The translations under genes and the position numbers were made by a program. 64,000 nt of DNA, taken from the NCBI GenBank assembly GCA_964016885.1, contig OZ024745.1, positions 93,620,001 through 93,684,000 on the forward strand, in the 5' to 3' direction. The notes under the pieces were generated by a model, which ran no database searches, was not told the DNA's origin, and saw only the letters and a list, made by a program, of their open reading frames with translations. This document shows positions 57,246-64,000 of this stretch, one piece after another (the first letter of the stretch is position 1; each line of letters opens with the position of its first letter). The stretch is from Eledone cirrhosa. Its lineage: Eukaryota.

Positions 57246-58007
57246 CCAAAAGGGTGGTGACCTAGAATTTGACCTTTAGGTGTCACCCAAGGGTCAAGGC
57301 GTGGACAGATCTCGCTACATATATACATGTATATGGTGGCTGCCAACTCGTTTTCGAGTACGGCCACTACTTTATATCCATGTAGGAGAACCCCTACCGA
57401 TGCGCTGAATGAGTGTGACTTTTTAGTCCAACCAGTGACTTGAAAACTCTGGCACAAACACTACACTTGTGACAATTATTGACACATAGTGTACATGGTA
57501 CCATGTGACGACAAGTGCAGAGAGATCTCCAGATACAAAGCAATGCCTGTGCCGTGAAGCTTTTATAGTGAGCAAAGGCACTGCACAAAGCCAGTCCCAC
57601 TCTCTTAACCAAGATGATATTTACCAAAAAGAAGAACAAGTCAACATCATTGGATACCATCAGGGTTGCAGGTGTTATATCAGAGTTTTCCTTCTCCTAG
57701 AATTCTGCCTTGACAAAGGCTAAGGGGTCATCTCTCCCGGTGATTTTGGATGGCCATTGACTCTTAAGAGCTCCTCTGCCCTTTGACAGGTTTTATTTTT
57801 AGTCCTGTAGGATGTCCAAAGTCACCCTCCACACCAAGAAACCTTAGTGGGGTTGCCAGTTTAGTCGCCAATGACCCGACCATGAGACAGGTTGTACTGG
57901 GATACATGTTACCAGTAGCACCAAGTGGTGACCATACATGTATATATATATATATATACAAACATACACATGTATATATAAATATACACATAAAAATATA
58001 TGTATAT

Positions 58008-58040
<33 letters not shown>

Positions 58041-60369
58041 CATACATACATACACATATATATGTGTATCTGTGTGTGTGTGTATATATATACACACAGA
58101 TACATTGTAAGTCGCTTTAACCCGTCTTATTATTCAAAAAACTTCTTGCAAATAAACATTAACCCTTTGTGCGCCATTCATCTAACTGGAGACCAACAAA
58201 TACCAAGTAAACGGAGCGTTGACAAGAACGATGGCGGATGAATCTTCGAGGTAGCAGTTTCCTCCCGAGCTGTTAGTTCACGCGAGATTCTCTGCTACAC
58301 CTTTTCATAATAATACCGAACAACGTACTGCTGGTCACTCCTTCCTCCAAATGCTGTACAAAGCGAACATGTGCATCGGGTAGATGGATCGGGTGCAAAT
58401 CTACACCAGGCCTACGCGAGAAACTCGCAAGGGACTGCACCGACAGGGATAGAGAGAAAGAGTGCGAATGAACTTTTGAGGTAAGTAGCCTACACTTTAC
58501 TGCTATGACACTGGAACCTTCTGCCAACTTAACCTGTGACTTTCTCTTTCACATTTACTCCAAAAGGCCAAAACAGAGGAGTATGAATAGAAGGGGCTCA
58601 ACAATATTTCTATGAACAATGCACGTAGACAGCTAAACTGTACTTTCAAATTCTTACTATTCTCGAAATAAAACAAGTTTCCTGTGGTTAATATTTTCGT
58701 GAGTTTTTAACAGGCACTCACAAATAAACGTTTCTCATTGGAGGTGTTATTACCAATGTTCTTACCCGTGCAACGCCGGGATACACTGCTAGTTTATTAT
58801 ATATAAATTAACGATTTTATCTATTATATATTATTTACAATTTGTGTGTAGACAGGTCTCTCTGGAAATAGGGTTGGGGCTGGGTGTATTACGTGGCCGT
58901 GGCCCAAAATATTTGAGAACTTCTGTATTGGAGCATTAAACAAAATACTTTGATATTAAATCATAGCTCTCTACATTTTGAATTTAAATCACTCCAAGGA
59001 CAACTTTGTCTTTCATTCTTCTAGAGTGAATACAGTACCAGTTAAGTCCTGTTGTCTCCCTTTAAATTACGTGTCGTCTGCTTAAATTAAAGAATGTTTA
59101 ACTATAATTCTATCCTCTATAGTTGACTTCACTCTCCATTTAAATTGCGTGTCATATACCTCATTTAGAAACCATTGTAACTATTATTATATTCTAGACC
59201 TTGAAATGCTAATATACTAAGGGATTTAGGAATGCTATTGTTAAAAGGGGATTCTTTTTTAATAAAAATAAAAAAAGATTAAACTCAGACACAATTGTCA
59301 TTTTAATATATCTTTAAAAAAAAAAACCTGTTCCTTATTTACACAAATCGTCACTATTTTTAGGTCCACTTTCCATGCTGGCATGGGTTGGACGGCCGTC
59401 GCAGCTCGAGTCAGTCAGAGAAACACGTCTCACTCATACCCGTTTGGCATGTGTGGTTTCAATAAAAAAAAAAAAATAAATTTAAAAAAAAAGCCAATGA
59501 ATAGAACAGGAAAACAAACTTGGTAATACCATTATGTAAAAAAAAAATACCAATTGCAGAAGTAAACTAACTATATATGACCTTGTATGATTCATTTTCT
59601 CCCTCTAGCTTCCTAGCTTTTGATATTTAAATACCACCACATATATCTGAAAACCATATAGGATTCAATGGTAGATAGAAATAGAAAAAATGAAATGAAA
59701 TTAATTTACACCTTTTTGACTTCAACAGAAAATGAGTGGAAAACAATACAAGAAGACATATCATAAGTTTCCTCATCAAAAGAAAAACAACTTATGTGTC
59801 TTCAATGTGAATTATAGGGGAAAAGATTTACAAAATAAAATCTTACAACAGAAAGCACTAGTCTGTAATTTTCATCTTATTTGTGTACACTACACTGTCA
59901 CTTGTTTTCATTTACTACAAACTTTTCACACACATACACCAGAAAGATTGTGTTTAGACTAGCGGGATTTTCTCCATGCCTTCTTTCACATTACAGGCTC
60001 TAAATAAATATAAATTAATTAAAAACATGAACTAAAAGAAAATGTAGAAACATTCTTCCCAGAGAAGAAAGGACTCTGATCATGGTAATTATTATTTAGG
60101 AGAAGGATCAGCAAATTCGTTCTAATTTAAAAAACAATAAAATATTTTTTTTCAAAAGCAAACAGCAAAGGTTCTCTTACAAATTTCTTTGTAGTTAGTG
60201 TAAAAAAAATTGAAAAGAACTTAGTAAACTTAATATAAGTAAAAACCTCTACCACTCCATAAGATACTGAAGACATTTGAAAAAATTTGCTGATATTTAC
60301 TCAATGATGATATGAACTAAGAGTTAAGAGAACCAGAACAAATACCGTAAGGTATATTATTCAATGCTT

Positions 60370-60665
60370 GGATGGCTTAGTGGTTAGAGTGTCGATCTTG
60401 AGGTTGTGGGTTCGATTCTCAGACCAAGCTTTGCATTGTGTTCATGTTACTCCAGTTCACTCAGCTGCAGAAATGAGTTGCGATATCACTGGTGCCAAGC
60501 TGTATCAGCATTTGCCCTTCTCTTGGCCATCATCGGTGGAGAGGGGAGACTGGTTGCATAGGCGGCTGCTGATCTTCCACAAACAACCTTACCCAGATTT
60601 GTGCCTCAGAGGGAAACTTTCGAGCTGCAAATCCTATGGTCATTCATGACCGAAGGGGGTCTTTG
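60370..60665 (+). mobile_element. tRNA-derived CORE-like SINE with a different 3' body
   Basis: TGGCTTAGTGG A-box, GGTTCGATTC B-box, CTCCAGTTCACTCAGCTGCAGAAATGAG. Confidence 0.75.
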
Positions 60666-61457
60666 CACTAATGACAGCCAATTTAATCTTCCTTAGCCAT
60701 GAAATTCTAGGATAGTGGTGGAGTCCCAGATGAAATATATTAAAGAAATGTGAGGAAATGGAGTGAAATATAGAAAGTTAAGAATATTTATGTTAACAGT
60801 TTCACTAAAGGTACACATATTTGAAAGTAGGGAGTGTAGTTAGTTATATCAAATGAATAGAAGCAAACATATACACACACGTACACCAGGTCCAAACTCC
60901 CACTGTCATCGCCTCCATTTCTCTCACTATTATGAGCAAATGGGATCCCACGCGTTGGCCACCTCATGACCCCGGCAGACAGAATAGAGAAGGTGTTTCC
61001 CCCCGTGCTGGAAGAGCCGTTCTATCTCGCGAGGTTCATATCTGCAGCTAGCAAGCTCTGCCTATGATGTGGTGGTGGTGGTGAATAGGGTGGTAGCCCT
61101 AGGGCCAAGGACACCACTAGGAAAGTTAAGTGAAAGATTGAGAGTGAGTGGAGACGAAGTTTGGGAGAGAATGTGAAAAGTAAAAGGGTGATAAATATAT
61201 GACTTGTTAATATAGGGACATAGATCAAAACTGAATGAGTGTAGAAAAAGGGATGTGGGTGTGTGTGGGGGGACAAATTAGTGGTAAAATTATGAGATAG
61301 ACAAAATTACTGAGAATAAATTGAAAAGACTTTATAAATTCAATTTGGAAATTACAATATCTTCAATTCATATCACAACAGCTGTTTCAACAATTCTTTC
61401 TTGAAACTTCTAAAGGGAAAAGATAGAGTATAATTGGCTCAAATATATTACTGCAAG

Positions 61458-61630
61458 AAGCAGCAAGTTTGCAGAGTCGTTAGAACGTTGGATAGAATAG
61501 TTTGCGATATTCGTTCCAGTTCTCCGAGTTCAAATCCCGAAGTCAGCTTTGCCTTTCATCCTTTCAAGGTTGATGAAAAAAAAAATTAAAATATACCACT
61601 CTCGTACTGGGGTCAATTCTTCCTCTCTCT
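61458..61630 (+). mobile_element. Meta-type SINE
   Basis: GAGTTCAAATCCCGAAGTCAGCTTTGCCTTTCATCCTTTCAAGGTTGAT. Confidence 0.7.
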
Positions 61631-62266
61631 CTTACTTTCTGTCCTTCTCTGGAAGAAATCTACTGTGTTCAAACCTGCCAGGCTTAAAATGTCCAAGAAA
61701 CGTCTGCCACTACAGCTCCTTCAGGAGTGACGGAATCGCATCATATTACTGCTACTTTTCTAATTGAGCTTGAAATGACATTGGATTCAACTGAGTGTGA
61801 ATTTGAAGTTCTAACTAAATATCATTCTAGACTCCTATTAAAACTATACAAGGTTAATGTTAGTAATTAGTATAAATAGAGTAGGTTAAACTGATGTCAG
61901 TTCATTTAAAGGGACATTAGCACAAGGTCATATATTGATGTCAATTCTTTTATAGAAACTGGCACAAGGCCATATATTTTGTGAGGGAGATCAGCTGGTT
62001 ATATCCACAGGGAACTTGACTACTATTCATTTAATCAATTGAATATAATGTTATTGACATCACCTCAATACAAACATATTACCCTTAGTTATTTTTCTCC
62101 TTTTACTGTTTAGGCAGAGAGAGAAAAGCAGTTCCCTTAACCCTTTTTAGAACTGCCAAAACTGGTGAAAAAGAGGGAGAACTCTATCTTCAAATGAGAC
62201 ACCACATCCAAATGCTTGCCTTTCTAATTTGTTGGTTAAGATATAAACTCAAAAACATTGGTTTAA

Positions 62267-62466
62267 CCCTTTAGTATTTACATTACTCTATATATACTAT
62301 TGTATGTTTGTGGTAAAGGCTTTATCTCACATATCAAATCTATATTTTGATGTTATTTATTTTGAGAAAAATACCTTAATGCCAGCATGAGTGGCCAGTT
62401 ACAGCTAGTTTGAACAGAAAGAGGTGAGGGAATTCTGGCCAGATAAGGCTGATTTAAATGCTAAAT
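62267..62466. mobile_element. piggyBac-type MITE, one end eroded
   Basis: TTAA|CCCTTTAGTATTT; body is the reverse complement of 53755-53945. Confidence 0.7.
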
Positions 62467-63510
62467 AACACCAAGTATTTTCAGTCAGTTTTACTCTATA
62501 AATAAAGTATGAGGAAAGGCATTTTGCTAAAGGATAATATATATACTACTCACAGTTGTCAAACCGATAAGCTGCAGGGCATATTGTTTATGTGGGGCTT
62601 AAACAAATATCATACACACGCAATGGCTTCCTTAATTTCCCCTTACAAGGTATTAGTCAGCCCAAGGCTATAATAGACACTTGCACAAGGATTGAACCTG
62701 AAATTATACCTGTGGCTAGTTGTGCTTAATTTCTACCTGAAGCACACAAGGCCCCAGGTTTTACCTGACCTGGAGGTTGATAAAAGCAAGTTGACAGTCT
62801 ACATTTGACCTCAGAACATTTCACTAAATACCATAAAAGTACATTAGGTCAATTTTGCCAACCTTTGTTATAAATATTTACTAAAAAGTATGACTAAACA
62901 TGAAACAAATGTGTTACCACTGACTCAATATTTTTTTTTCTTCTTTTGTTGAAATTTTAATATATTTACAAGAATAAAAAGAGAAAAATCAAGTGATAGT
63001 AAATTAGAAATAAGGGATGAAGATGTTAGGAGAAACAGTGGAATGAAAGAAAAGGCAAAGGAGGAAATGAGAGATTCAAAAAGGGAGAGGGAGAGGAGGC
63101 AGAAGATGAGAGGGAGGGAGGAAGGGAAAAAGACGAGAGAGGAGGGAGGAGAGGAGAGGAGAGGAAGAGAAGGAAGGGGGAGGGGGGCAGAAGGAAGGGA
63201 AGAAGATGAGAAAGTTATAAGAGAAGAATCAGATTTTATATATATATTTATTTCCTTTGAGCTGTCGAAGCAGTTGTTGTTGTTACAGTAAGAACAACAA
63301 CAAAGCTGAGAGAAGTTATGGTAGTAAACAATAAAAGGAAAAAGTCAGAATTTTTGGACACATATCTACTAATACTGATTAACCTAGCAGATATTTCTTG
63401 TCTTCTTTCATTTCTTTTTGGAAGTTTTTTTTTGTTTTTTATGTTCTTTTAATATTTTATTTATGGAGCTGAGGTTGTTATAATTCCTTTGTGTGAGTGT
63501 GTGTGAGTCA

Positions 63511-63549
<39 letters not shown>

Positions 63550-64000
63550 TGAGTGAGTGTGTGAGTGAGTGTGTATGTGTGTGTAGGTGAGTGTGTGTAA
63601 TTTTTTTTTTTTTATATATTTTTAGATTGGAATTTCTGTCCATTTAGTTTTCAGCTAACAATGCAAGAAGCTGAATATCAGCTGTCATTTGGAAATGTTT
63701 ATCTGTCTCTGACAGTTTGCTGGAGGAGGAGGAGGAGAAGAGAGGAAGAGTCACAAAAAAAAAAAAAAATTTTTTTTTTTAAATTCATAGTCCATCTGGT
63801 TTAGTTGACTGATCATCTTGCTATCTTTCCAGTGGCTAATAAGAAAGCAGACCATATGTTGTTATGGTTGTTGTCACCATCTGTGATCTTGCTGTTGCTG
63901 GCTCCACAGCCACCATAACACCAATGAAACAAGCAACCCCACCACATACATGCATGCATACATACAGCACACACCACTAACAACTGGCAACCAGCCAACT

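Larger units (their letters stand above)
55555..58792 (+). mobile_element. Non-autonomous Helitron with nested insertions
   Basis: 5' A|TCTATCTATACATATATATAAAA; 3' hairpin CCCGTGCAACGCCGGG then CTGCTAG|T. Confidence 0.75.
55389..58925. mobile_element. hAT-type MITE split by nested insertions
   Basis: TIRs CAGAGGTTCTCAAA (55389) and TTTGAGAACTTCTG (ends 58925); degenerate 8-bp TSD CGTTAGAG/TATTGGAG. Confidence 0.7.

Noticed and set aside
63790-63998. Terminal exon of a minus-strand gene, with 59250-63800 as its 3' UTR
   Set aside because: Composition is suggestive, but no recognisable protein or splice site lies within the window

Overview
Eukaryotic, AT-rich, repeat-dense DNA. The RTE LINEs with (GAT)n tails, CORE- and Meta-type tRNA SINEs and huge (TA)n arrays suggest a coleoid cephalopod such as Octopus; this is an inference. 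One host gene is visible but not represented as a gene in the ORF track. Seven small + strand exons (19208-36812) splice in frame into the membrane-adjacent domain, transmembrane helix and cytoplasmic tail of a Cad87A/CDH23/PCDH15-like cadherin. Most remaining sequence is mobile or repetitive: RTE LINEs (one nearly intact), a CR1-group fragment, Helitrons, SINEs, piggyBac- and hAT-type MITEs, a 4.6 kb GTT-based array, about 11 kb of TA arrays and a 200-N gap. The most notable pattern is at least six different sequence families of short non-coding elements inside (TA)n tracts. They are mostly built as fold-back inverted repeats, and each family carries a type I hammerhead ribozyme motif. One family flanks a GIY-YIG endonuclease remnant, which ties them to Penelope-like elements. 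One family has a consistently non-canonical core (CAGAAGA) and one has an ultra-minimal fold. All folds were made by eye and no activity is shown.
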